Shown in pieces: positions 51,984-60,162 of a stretch of 64,000 nucleotides of DNA (position 1 is the first letter of the stretch; each line of letters begins with the position of its first letter). A program made the translations under genes and the position numbers. The stretch spans positions 2,886,638 through 2,950,637 of the forward strand of contig CAVPVV010000003.1 in assembly GCA_963709325.1 (NCBI GenBank). Direction: 5' to 3'. The stretch is from an uncultured Acidobacteriota bacterium (GTDB taxonomy: Bacteria; Acidobacteriota; Vicinamibacteria; Vicinamibacterales; UBA2999). The notes below the pieces were generated by a model. It was not told where the DNA came from and did no database searches. It was given only the letters and a program-made list of their open reading frames with translations.

Positions 51984-52898
51984 TTAACCCCTCACTGTGA
52001 GCACCGGGCAGGTGGCGGCGCGAACGACGTGGTTCGCGGTGGAGCCGAAGAAGCCGATGTCGATCGAGCTCCTGCCGCCGACGCCCATGACGATGAGGTC
52101 GGCCTCGCGCTCGCGGGCGGATGCGACCAGCTCGGTGTAGGCCTTTCCGAATCGGACTTCGATCGCCACGTCGCGGCCCGGGAGCAGTGAGGCCGCAAGA
52201 TTCTTCAGGCCGTCGGCGGCGCCCGTCTCGAGGTAGCGTCGGGTGTCCAGGAGCGCTTCCGCCTGCGCCGCTGGCAGGCCGTCCATTCCCGGCACCGGCG
52301 GCTCGTGCCACGGCCACTCGAGCACGTGAACGAGCGTCACCGCCGCGCCGGAGCCGTCGGTCATGGCTGCCGCGGCCTTCACGGCCAGCCGCGACCAGTC
52401 GGAGAAGTCGACGGCGACGATCACGCGGCCGAAGGACGCAGCGGGAGCGCCGGCGGCACGCGGCGGTACAGTCAATACCGGGCAAGCGGCCTTGCGAAGC
52501 ACTTTCTCGGTGACGGAGCCGAGGATCAGGTGCTGGAAACCGCTTGTCCCGTGCGTGCCCATGACGATCAGGTCCACGTCGTTCGACGCCGCGTGCTCGA
52601 GAATCGTCGGCGCCGGCGCTCCGCCAACGATGATGATGCTGAGCTTCGCGGCGGCGTCGACGGCCGAGCGGCAGGCCGCGGTCACCCTGGCGCGCAGTTC
52701 CTCGAGATCCTCGGGTTCGACGATCTTCGCGGTGGCGGGGTCGAGCGCGCTCATGCCGGCCGTCGGCATCACCGAGAGGAAGACGTGCAGCACCGTGAGC
52801 CGCGCACCGGTCGCCCGGGCCAGGACGCCCGCCTGCTCGAGTGCGTGTTCCGAAACGTCCGAGAAATCGAACGGGCTCAGGATGTGGCCGAGTGTCAT
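51984..52898 (-). CDS. Tandem universal stress protein (two UspA domains)
   Basis: Start taken at MTLGHILSPFDFSD (ATG 52898). The 30 codons upstream in the track ORF are translated repeat DNA. GTHGTSGFQHLILGSVTEKVLRKAACPVLTV and MGVGGRSSIDIGFFGSTANHVVRAATCPVLTV are the two Usp ATP-binding C-terminal motifs. Confidence 0.85.
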   Translation of the reverse strand: MTLGHILSPFDFSDVSEHALEQAGVLARATGARLTVLHVFLSVMPTAGMSALDPATAKIVEPEDLEELRARVTAACRSAVDAAAKLSIIIVGGAPAPTILEHAASNDVDLIVMGTHGTSGFQHLILGSVTEKVLRKAACPVLTVPPRAAGAPAASFGRVIVAVDFSDWSRLAVKAAAAMTDGSGAAVTLVHVLEWPWHEPPVPGMDGLPAAQAEALLDTRRYLETGAADGLKNLAASLLPGRDVAIEVRFGKAYTELVASAREREADLIVMGVGGRSSIDIGFFGSTANHVVRAATCPVLTVRG

Positions 52899-53027
52899 GA
52901 TCGTGTCCTCTGGCGATTGGTTGACTGGCGATTGGCGATCGGCGCCCATCGGGGGATTGGGCGATGGAGCGAATTGCCCAATCACCAACCACCAATCGTC
53001 AGTAAATCATCAGTCAATCCTCAATCC
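52899..53027. repeat. 7-nt-period low-complexity element with hairpin potential that fills the intergenic gap
   Basis: Read in heptads: ggcgatt ggttgac tggcgat tggcgat cggcgcc catcggg ggattgg gcgatgg agcgaat tgcccaa tcaccaa ccaccaa tcgtcag taaatca tcagtca atcctca atcctca. The left half (GGCGATT-like) is complementary to the right half (AATCACC/AATCGTC-like). Inner stem gattgggc/gcccaatc. Confidence 0.75.
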
Positions 53028-55601
53028 TCAACGGACAGGCGGTCGCGCCAGCCAGTCCTGTGGCGCCTCACCAATTGGCGCGCCCGGCGGAGCGGGCGCG
53101 GCCGGAAGCTGCTTGGCTGCATCGCCAGGCCGCTCGAGAAAGCGCTTGATATCGGCGGCGAGCAGCGTGTCTTGCGCGACGTCGGCGTCGGTCTTGGTCC
53201 CATTCACGCGCAGCCGCGTGGCCAAACGCTGCAGCTTCAGCGAGGCAAGAGCTCGGACCTGGCCGTTCTGCGCCGCTGCCGCCAGGCCCGAGAGCCGATC
53301 GACCAGCACGCGCTGAGTGGCACGGCGCACTTCGGCTTCGTACGGCGTGGCCGTTGTCGCATCGAAGGTCGCTTTGACGAGCCGGTCCACGACTTCCTCC
53401 AGGCCAGGCAGCGCAGGATCGACGGCGTGCTGGGCCACCAGCCGCGCAGCGCGATCGGGCTGAAGGATGAAGCCGATTGTCACGTCGGAGGCGATGGTCG
53501 CCGGGCTGAGCGGGTCGAAGCCCTCGCCGGTCGTCCGCGGGAAGAGCTCGCGGTGGATGCCCCAGGCAGGGGGCCGGGGCGGGATGCTGTCGAGGATCTT
53601 CTTCGGCACGGTCAACTCCGACGGCTTGAGCGTCGCCGAGAGCGATTCGAGGGCCTTGCGCTGATTGTCCGCCGACTCCCACTTCATCGGCGTCCGGCCG
53701 TCGCCGCGCATCGCGTAGATGAAATCCTGCCCGCCCAGCATCGAGGCCGCGCCCTCGACCGCGTAGCGGTGATACATCCAGATCGGCACCAGCGGCTCCT
53801 CGATGGTCGTCATCGGGGCGCCGAGCCGGATCGTGTGCTCGCCGATCCGGCCAAGTGCCGCCCGGCGGACCTTCATCAGCCGATCGAGCTCGTCCGCCTG
53901 GTTCACCCCGTTCGACCATTGCTCGGTGCGCGGGTGGATGTCGGTGTCCTGGTTCGTGAAGTAGCGCAGGTCCTGGTCCCAGGCCTCGTCGAGAATCTTC
54001 GCGAGCGCCTGCTGCTCGTTGGCGCCGGCCGGGAACTCCCGGTAGCCGTAGTTGATGGTGACCTTGTCCCAGTCGCCGATCCGCTGCGGGTAGGCGTTCG
54101 CGATGTCGATGGTGCCGTCCGCCTTCAGCTCCTCGAGCGGATGCGGGTAGTCCATCACCGAGATCCAGCCCTTGGTGCTGTCGTAGTAGTTGTGGCCGAG
54201 ACCGAGGGTATGCCCGACCTCATGGGCCGACAACTGGCGGATGCGCTTCAGCGCCGTCTCGTACAGAATCGGCGGCCGCTCGGTGCCGGTCGCGTACGGC
54301 GACAAGAGGCCCTCGAAAATCAGGTAGTCCTGCCGGTCGCGCAGCGAGCCAAGCGTGACCGTCGCCTTGATGATCTCGCCGGTGCGCGGATCGGTGACGG
54401 AGCCGCCCGAGCTCCAGCCGCGCGTCGAGCGGTGGACCCAGTTGATCATGTTGTAGCGGATGTCCATCGGATCCGCGCCGTCGGGGAGCACGTCGACCTT
54501 GAACGCGTTGCGGAAACCGGCCGCCTCGAACGCCTGGTTCCACCAGCTGGCGCCTTCGACGAGCGCCTTCTTGACGTCTTCCGGCGCGCCCGAGTCCACC
54601 CAGTACTGGATTGGCGTCACCGGCTCGCTCATCGCCGCCGCCGGGTCCTTCTTCACCAGCCGGTGGCGGCGGATGTAGCGGAACTGGATTGACTCGGCGA
54701 TCGGCTGGCTGAAATCGACAAACGAAATGCCGCCGTATCCGGCACGCGGGTCGTCGATGCGCGGCTTGTAGTTGCCATCGGGCAGCTCGACGAACGAGAC
54801 GTGCTCCCGCATCGTCACCGAGTCTGGCGTCGGCGTGACGCTGGCGACCGTGCCGGAGAATATCCCCTGGCGTCCGAAGTTGCCGGCTACTTCCGGCGCC
54901 GCAATCGGCGCCGGGCCCTGCTGCGGTCCACCGGCGCCGCCGCGGCCGCCGCCACCCGCCTCGTTCACGAACGTGAGCAGGAGATCGATCTCGGTGTTCT
55001 TGGGGAAGTTCTTCGTGTTCGGCAGGTAGACCGCGCTGCGGGTGCGCTCCACGCGATAGTTGCCGGGCCGTAGCGCCGCGCCCGCGCCGTGCACGTCGCG
55101 CATCAGGAAATCGGTGGCGTCCACCACGACGCGTCCATTCGACTCGGCCGCAACGGCGAAGCCCCACAATACCGACTTGGCGAACGAGTCCTCGACCGCC
55201 TTGCGTTCGAGCGGATTCTTGGCGCTCGAGCGGAACGTCTGGTTCCCCTGCACGAGCATCACTCGCGGGCCCATCCGCTGGAACGTGACGACACGGCCCT
55301 GGCCGCCCTGGCCGCGGTCGAGACCGATGTCGTTCGAGCCGAGGCCGGCCGAGAGGCCGGTCGAGAACAGGAACTCGGTATCGAAACGCGGGATCTCGAG
55401 CAGCAGCGCGCCCGCGCGCTCGTCCCAGTAGAGCGGAAAGTAGCCGTCGATCTTGCGCAGCCCGTTGACGCGATCGTCGATCGAGGGGACCGGTCCGCCG
55501 GCGCGCGGACCGCCGCCGGCTGCCGCCGGCTGCTGCGCGGTCGGTTGCGCCGCGCCGGCAAGCAGCAGGACTCCAAGTGCCAGGACACTCTGTTTCAGCA
55601 T
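53028..55601 (-). CDS. Secreted zinc-dependent metalloprotease (metzincin-like, DUF4953/DUF5117-type)
   Basis: Start at ATG 55601 (MLKQSVLALGVLLLAGAAQPTAQQ) with AAGGAG 6 nt upstream. HEVGHTLGLGHN (HExxHxxGxxH). Total length about 857 aa. Confidence 0.85.
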   Translation of the reverse strand: MLKQSVLALGVLLLAGAAQPTAQQPAAAGGGPRAGGPVPSIDDRVNGLRKIDGYFPLYWDERAGALLLEIPRFDTEFLFSTGLSAGLGSNDIGLDRGQGGQGRVVTFQRMGPRVMLVQGNQTFRSSAKNPLERKAVEDSFAKSVLWGFAVAAESNGRVVVDATDFLMRDVHGAGAALRPGNYRVERTRSAVYLPNTKNFPKNTEIDLLLTFVNEAGGGGRGGAGGPQQGPAPIAAPEVAGNFGRQGIFSGTVASVTPTPDSVTMREHVSFVELPDGNYKPRIDDPRAGYGGISFVDFSQPIAESIQFRYIRRHRLVKKDPAAAMSEPVTPIQYWVDSGAPEDVKKALVEGASWWNQAFEAAGFRNAFKVDVLPDGADPMDIRYNMINWVHRSTRGWSSGGSVTDPRTGEIIKATVTLGSLRDRQDYLIFEGLLSPYATGTERPPILYETALKRIRQLSAHEVGHTLGLGHNYYDSTKGWISVMDYPHPLEELKADGTIDIANAYPQRIGDWDKVTINYGYREFPAGANEQQALAKILDEAWDQDLRYFTNQDTDIHPRTEQWSNGVNQADELDRLMKVRRAALGRIGEHTIRLGAPMTTIEEPLVPIWMYHRYAVEGAASMLGGQDFIYAMRGDGRTPMKWESADNQRKALESLSATLKPSELTVPKKILDSIPPRPPAWGIHRELFPRTTGEGFDPLSPATIASDVTIGFILQPDRAARLVAQHAVDPALPGLEEVVDRLVKATFDATTATPYEAEVRRATQRVLVDRLSGLAAAAQNGQVRALASLKLQRLATRLRVNGTKTDADVAQDTLLAADIKRFLERPGDAAKQLPAAPAPPGAPIGEAPQDWLARPPVR

Positions 55602-55672
55602 TGCTTCTCCTTCGCGCGACATTCTAGCTGCCCGGTCTTTTCCGGCCATAATTCGACTCCCGGAGCCGACCC

Positions 55673-56527
55673 ATGATCAGAACCCTCGCACTCACGCTCC
55701 TGCTCGGCGTCTCGCTCGCCGCCTCCGAGCACGGTCCCGACAAGGGCACCCTCGTCATCGTTGGCGGCAACATGCAGGATCCGGCCATCGTCAAGCGATT
55801 CATCGACCTTGCCGGCGGTCCGGATCAGCCAATCGTCATCATTCCCACGGCCGGTGAAGACGACGAGCGCGATCCGTACGATCAGAACTGGTCGGGCTTG
55901 AAGCAGTGGCGGGAGAACGGGGCGAAGAACCTGAGCGTCCTGCACACCCGCGATCGCAAGGTGGCTGACACCGAGGCGTTTGCCAGGCCGATTCGCACCG
56001 CGCGCGGGGTGTTCTTCACCGGCGGCCGCCAGTGGCGGCTGGCCGATTCCTATCTCGACACCGTCACGCACCGCGAACTGTCCGCCCTGCTTAGCCGCGG
56101 AGGGGTCATCGGCGGCTCGTCGGCCGGCGCCTCAATCCTCGCCTCGTTCATGGTTCGCGGCGACACCAAGGGCAACGACAAGATGATCGGCGATCACACC
56201 GTCGGGCTCGGGTTCCTGAAGAACGCCGCCGTCGATCAGCACCTGCTGCGCCGCAACCGGCAGTTCGACATGCTCGAAGTGATCGACGCGCATCCGCAAC
56301 TGCTCGGCATCGGCCTCGACGAGGACACGGCGATCGTCGTGCAGGGCGATCAGTTCGACGTGATCGGGAAGAGCTACGCGGTGATCTACAGCAACCGGCC
56401 GGTCGCCGGAGCCAGCGGCCGGTTCTTCTTCATGGGCGCGGGCGACCGCTTCGACATGGACGCCAGGAAGGCGATGCGGCGCGCCGCGGAGTGGCGGCCG
56501 CTCGAGGGCGTTCGACCGCCGAAATAG
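55673..56527 (+). CDS. Peptidase S51 family protein (cyanophycinase-like)
   Basis: 284 aa. Signal-like N-terminus, LVIVGGN...PIVIIPTAGEDD, FFTGGRQWRL, GGSSAGASILASFMVRGD (nucleophile Ser region). Confidence 0.75.
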   Translation: MIRTLALTLLLGVSLAASEHGPDKGTLVIVGGNMQDPAIVKRFIDLAGGPDQPIVIIPTAGEDDERDPYDQNWSGLKQWRENGAKNLSVLHTRDRKVADTEAFARPIRTARGVFFTGGRQWRLADSYLDTVTHRELSALLSRGGVIGGSSAGASILASFMVRGDTKGNDKMIGDHTVGLGFLKNAAVDQHLLRRNRQFDMLEVIDAHPQLLGIGLDEDTAIVVQGDQFDVIGKSYAVIYSNRPVAGASGRFFFMGAGDRFDMDARKAMRRAAEWRPLEGVRPPK

Positions 56528-56539
56528 GCCGGCCGCGCC

Positions 56540-58138
56540 TCAGGGAACGGTCAAAGCTTCGCCAGGAAGCGCAGGCGTGTTGCGAGGCAGACGCCGCGCC
56601 TTCGAAGCCTGCTCGAACGAGTACCCGAGTGCGAGCAGCTTCGACTCGCTGTAAGCAGGGCCGAAAAACGAGATGGTGACCGGCAGCCGGTCGCTGGTGA
56701 AGCCGGCCGGCACAATCAGGTCGGGATAACCGGTCAGGTTCGCGATGTTCGTCGCCGACGGCGTGCCCGACGGGTCACCAGAACCGGCGATCAGGCTCGG
56801 GCGGCGTGACGAGGTCGGGTAAACGATCGCGTCGAGCGTGTTGGTCTGCAGCAGTCCATCCACCACGACACGCACTGCCGGCAGCACGTGGTCATGCACC
56901 GCGACGTAGCGGGCGTCGGTCAGCGTTCCCGCGCCGGCCTCGCGGTTGAAGAGCGCCCAGCGCGGCGGGTTCGGCATCGCGCCATCCGGACGGGTGCCCA
57001 GGAACTGCTTCGACCTGGCGATCATCTCGTCCAGCGTCTTCGGGTACTTCGGACCGAGGGTCTTCAGGTAGGCCGCGATCTGCGGCGCGAACTCGGGCCA
57101 GCGCACCGCGGTATAGAAGTCGCCCTTGGCATCGAGCAGCCATTTCGGATATCGCACATCGATCGTGGTCGCGCCCGCCTTGCGCATCGCGTCCAGCGCC
57201 GAGTCCATCACCCAGTCCACGTCTTCGTCCGCGCCGAAGAAGTCGCGGGCGACGCCGATACGCGCGCCTTTGAGCGCATCCGGCTTCAGGAACTTCACGT
57301 AGTCGGTCTCAGCCCGCCCCTGGCTCGCCGCAGTGGCGGGATCGGCCGCATCCACGCCGGTCATCGCGCCCAGCGCGGCGGCGACGTCGTAGACACTGCG
57401 AGCCATCGGGCCGCCGGTGTCGAAGCTGAGCGCCAGCGGGATGATGCCGTCACGGCTGAGCAGCCCCAGCGTCGGCTTCAGCCCGACGATGCCGTTGGCG
57501 CTCGAGGGACCGCGCACCGAGCCGCCGGTGTCGGTGCCCATGCCGAACACCGCGAACCCGGCCGCTATCGACGCCCCGGTTCCACCGGACGAGCCCGACG
57601 GCGAGCGCGCCAGGTCGTGCGGGTTGAGCGTCTGGCCGCCAAGCGAGCTGAGCGCCGCTCCGGAGGCGAACTCGGACATGTTCACCTTGGCCAGCACGAT
57701 CGCGCCGGCCGCACGGAGCTTTTTCACCACGAATGCATCGTCGGGCGGAATCGAGCCTTCGAGCAGCACGGAGCCGCCGGTGGTCGGCATGTCGGCGGTG
57801 TCGAAATTGTCCTTGAGCACGAGCGGGATGCCGTGCAGCGGAGAGCGCGGTCCCTTGGCCTTGCGCTCGGCGTCGAGGGCGCGGGCGGTCTCGAGCGCCT
57901 TCGGGTTGAGCGTCAGGATCGCGTGGATCGACGGCCCCTTGCGGTCGTAGGCCTCGATGCGGGCGAGGAAGCGCTGCACGAGCTGTTCAGAGGTGAGCGT
58001 GCCGCCATTGAAGGCGGCATTCAGGTCCGCAATCGTGGCCTGATCCAGGTCCACGGACCGGGCCGCGCCCGCGGGCGCCTGCGTCAAGACGAGCGCGGCA
58101 ATCAGGGGGAGGAGCAGAAGGCGGAGCGCTATTCGCAT
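56540..58138 (-). CDS. Amidase-signature family amidase, secreted
   Basis: 532 aa. Signal peptide MRIALRLLLLPLIAALVLTQAPAGA. AS signature GGSSGGTGASIAAGFAVFGMGTDTGGSVRGPSSANGIVGLKPTLG. Confidence 0.9.
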   Translation of the reverse strand: MRIALRLLLLPLIAALVLTQAPAGAARSVDLDQATIADLNAAFNGGTLTSEQLVQRFLARIEAYDRKGPSIHAILTLNPKALETARALDAERKAKGPRSPLHGIPLVLKDNFDTADMPTTGGSVLLEGSIPPDDAFVVKKLRAAGAIVLAKVNMSEFASGAALSSLGGQTLNPHDLARSPSGSSGGTGASIAAGFAVFGMGTDTGGSVRGPSSANGIVGLKPTLGLLSRDGIIPLALSFDTGGPMARSVYDVAAALGAMTGVDAADPATAASQGRAETDYVKFLKPDALKGARIGVARDFFGADEDVDWVMDSALDAMRKAGATTIDVRYPKWLLDAKGDFYTAVRWPEFAPQIAAYLKTLGPKYPKTLDEMIARSKQFLGTRPDGAMPNPPRWALFNREAGAGTLTDARYVAVHDHVLPAVRVVVDGLLQTNTLDAIVYPTSSRRPSLIAGSGDPSGTPSATNIANLTGYPDLIVPAGFTSDRLPVTISFFGPAYSESKLLALGYSFEQASKARRLPRNTPALPGEALTVP

Positions 58139-58236
58139 GGCCCGGACACGTTACCAGACTGGTGCCGGAATGGAAGGCATGAGCTGGGTACAGCGTCGGT
58201 GCATCCGGGCGCGGAAAATGGATCTAGGCTAGGAGC

Positions 58237-59091
58237 ATGAAGACGGGCGGCAGGCGGATGGTCTGGGCCCTGGCGGGCTTCGTTGCCGTGGTCGGCGCCG
58301 GCGCTACGGCGGCATACGCCCAGCGGATCTGGGGCGGGTTCTACGGACGCACCCCGCCGAAGTTTCCCACTGCCGCCACGTTCGAGGGCTCTTTCCACTT
58401 CTGCCGCGTCCTGTTCACGAGCAATCGCCGCGAGAAGCAGGGCTGGGACACAGACTATCCCGGCGCCGACATCAACTTCAGCGTCCGTCTATCGGAGCTG
58501 ACCAAGGTCCGCGTCAAGTTCGTCGACGAAGCGGGTGAAGGCGAGGTGCCGGATGCGGTCGTCGTCAGGGTGACCGACGACGCCTTGTTCCAATGCCCGT
58601 TTGCGCTGATGGAAGACGCCGGGACGGCGCACTTCAGCGACGTCGAGGTGAAGCGGCTCCGCGAGTACCTGTTGAAGGGCGGTTTCCTGTTCGTGTCCGA
58701 CTATCACGGCAGCTGGGCAAAAGCGCAGTTCGACGAGGAGATCGGGCGGGCCCTGCCGCACGGCGAGTATCCGATCATCGATCTCACTCCGCCCACTCAC
58801 GCGATCTGGAACACGTTCTTTCCGGTGACCCACATCATTCAGCTGGCGTCGATTCAGACGTGGCGGCGTACCGGCGGTGGCACGATCGAACGTTGGAACG
58901 AAGACGGGTCGCCACCCGACGCCCGGGGAATCGCCGACTCGCACGGCCGGTTGATGGTGGTGATGGTCCACAACAGCGACATCCCGGACGCGTGGGAGCG
59001 CGAAGGCGAGAACCCCGAGTACTTCTACCGGTTCTCGCCGGATGCGTACGCGGTCGGCATCGACGTCCTGCTCTACGCCATGACTCACTGA
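58237..59091 (+). CDS. DUF4159-domain protein
   Basis: 284 aa. FHFCRVLFTSNRREKQGWDTDYPGADINFSVRLSELT, CPFALMEDAGTAHFSDVEVKRLREYLLKGGFLFVSDYHG: pattern recalled for DUF4159. TAGGCT lies 6 nt upstream of the ATG. Confidence 0.7.
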   Translation: MKTGGRRMVWALAGFVAVVGAGATAAYAQRIWGGFYGRTPPKFPTAATFEGSFHFCRVLFTSNRREKQGWDTDYPGADINFSVRLSELTKVRVKFVDEAGEGEVPDAVVVRVTDDALFQCPFALMEDAGTAHFSDVEVKRLREYLLKGGFLFVSDYHGSWAKAQFDEEIGRALPHGEYPIIDLTPPTHAIWNTFFPVTHIIQLASIQTWRRTGGGTIERWNEDGSPPDARGIADSHGRLMVVMVHNSDIPDAWEREGENPEYFYRFSPDAYAVGIDVLLYAMTH

Positions 59092-59119
59092 GCAGGCCCG
59101 GACGTCGCCGGCCGCGCGC

Positions 59120-59323
59120 TCACGCGTCGCGAAGGTGGCTCGCCGAGCCGTGTTCGTCGACGCTCGCGAGGACGCCGTCGAGATCGTCGGCTTCGATCGG
59201 GGCGCTCGCCTCAATCTCTGCGCTTTCGTCGAGAATCCGCTGCGCGTGCCAAAGACGAACGGCTTCCGCCGCGTCCTGCACGTCGTCGAGATGCGCGTCG
59301 AGCAGCAATGCTTCGAACGTCAT
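59120..59323 (-). CDS. Small acidic hypothetical protein
   Basis: 67-aa ORF. Third codon positions are strongly G/C-biased in this frame (own count, about 80 percent), favouring it over the overlapping + ORF 59135..59344. No recognisable domain. Confidence 0.4.
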   Translation of the reverse strand: MTFEALLLDAHLDDVQDAAEAVRLWHAQRILDESAEIEASAPIEADDLDGVLASVDEHGSASHLRDA

Positions 59324-59360
59324 GGCGGCTCCTCTCTCGAATGAACGGGGACGCGACGGC

Positions 59361-59627
59361 TCAGCGGGCCTCGGCGAGCGTCTGGCGCCACGCCCCGAGC
59401 TCCCTGAGGGCCTCGGCGCGCGCGAAACCGTAACGGGCCTGCAGCACGCTCACCAGCCGCTCGGCGTTGCCGCGCACGCTCTGCACGTCGGCGTCGGTCA
59501 ATTTGTCCCACCGCTGGCGGGCAGCGCTCATTACCCGGGCCCACCGCTCCGTCACGCGTCCGATTTCCTGAGCCATCGCGTCCTCCACGCGCTCCGAGCC
59601 CGATTGCCCGAGCGTTGCCTCGGTCAT
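59361..59627 (-). CDS. CsbD-like general stress protein
   Basis: RWDKLTDADVQSVRGNAERLVSVLQARYGFARAEALRELGAW matches the CsbD pattern (W.KLTDDDL..I.G....L.G.LQE.YG....EA..E). Start uncertain: ATG 59627 or 59576. Confidence 0.5.
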   Translation of the reverse strand: MTEATLGQSGSERVEDAMAQEIGRVTERWARVMSAARQRWDKLTDADVQSVRGNAERLVSVLQARYGFARAEALRELGAWRQTLAEAR

Positions 59628-59770
59628 TAGCAACCGGCGTGCCACGCGAACCGTGGTTTCGTGTCCACGACGCGATCGCAGTTGGAAGGCCGGTTCACAC
59701 ACTGGGTAGCTGGGGAAACCATGAAGCGCGGGGCGGAGGGAGCGGTTCGGTGGTGTAATCAGCACCGCCA

Positions 59771-60115
59771 ATGGCCGTCGTCTACAAAATCGTGTCCGAG
59801 TCATCGTGGCGCGAGGCCGAGGAGCGTGGAGCGTTCAGCGGCGCGCCGGTCGACGTCGCGGATGGGTTCATCCATTTTTCGACGGCCGGCCAGGTCGCCG
59901 AAACGGCAGCGCGCCATTTCGCGTCGCAGCGCGGCCTGCTGTTGGTCGCGGTATTGGCGGAGCAACTGGGCGACGCGCTCCGTTGGGAACCTTCGCGCGG
60001 CGGCGCACTGTTCCCGCACCTGTACGCACCGCTTCCGCTGAGCGCCGTGCTGTGGATAAAGCCACTGCCGCTCAACGCCGACGGCCGCCACGAGTTCCCG
60101 GCACTGGAGGATTAG
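59771..60115 (+). CDS. DUF952-domain protein
   Basis: 114 aa. VYKIVSESSWREAEERGAF.GAPVDVADGFIHFSTAGQVAETAARHF...LRWEPSRGGALFPHLY is the DUF952 pattern. Confidence 0.75.
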   Translation: MAVVYKIVSESSWREAEERGAFSGAPVDVADGFIHFSTAGQVAETAARHFASQRGLLLVAVLAEQLGDALRWEPSRGGALFPHLYAPLPLSAVLWIKPLPLNADGRHEFPALED

Positions 60116-60162
60116 CGGACCGGCCAACGGAATGAAACTTCACGAGCTAGACTTCTGTAGTC

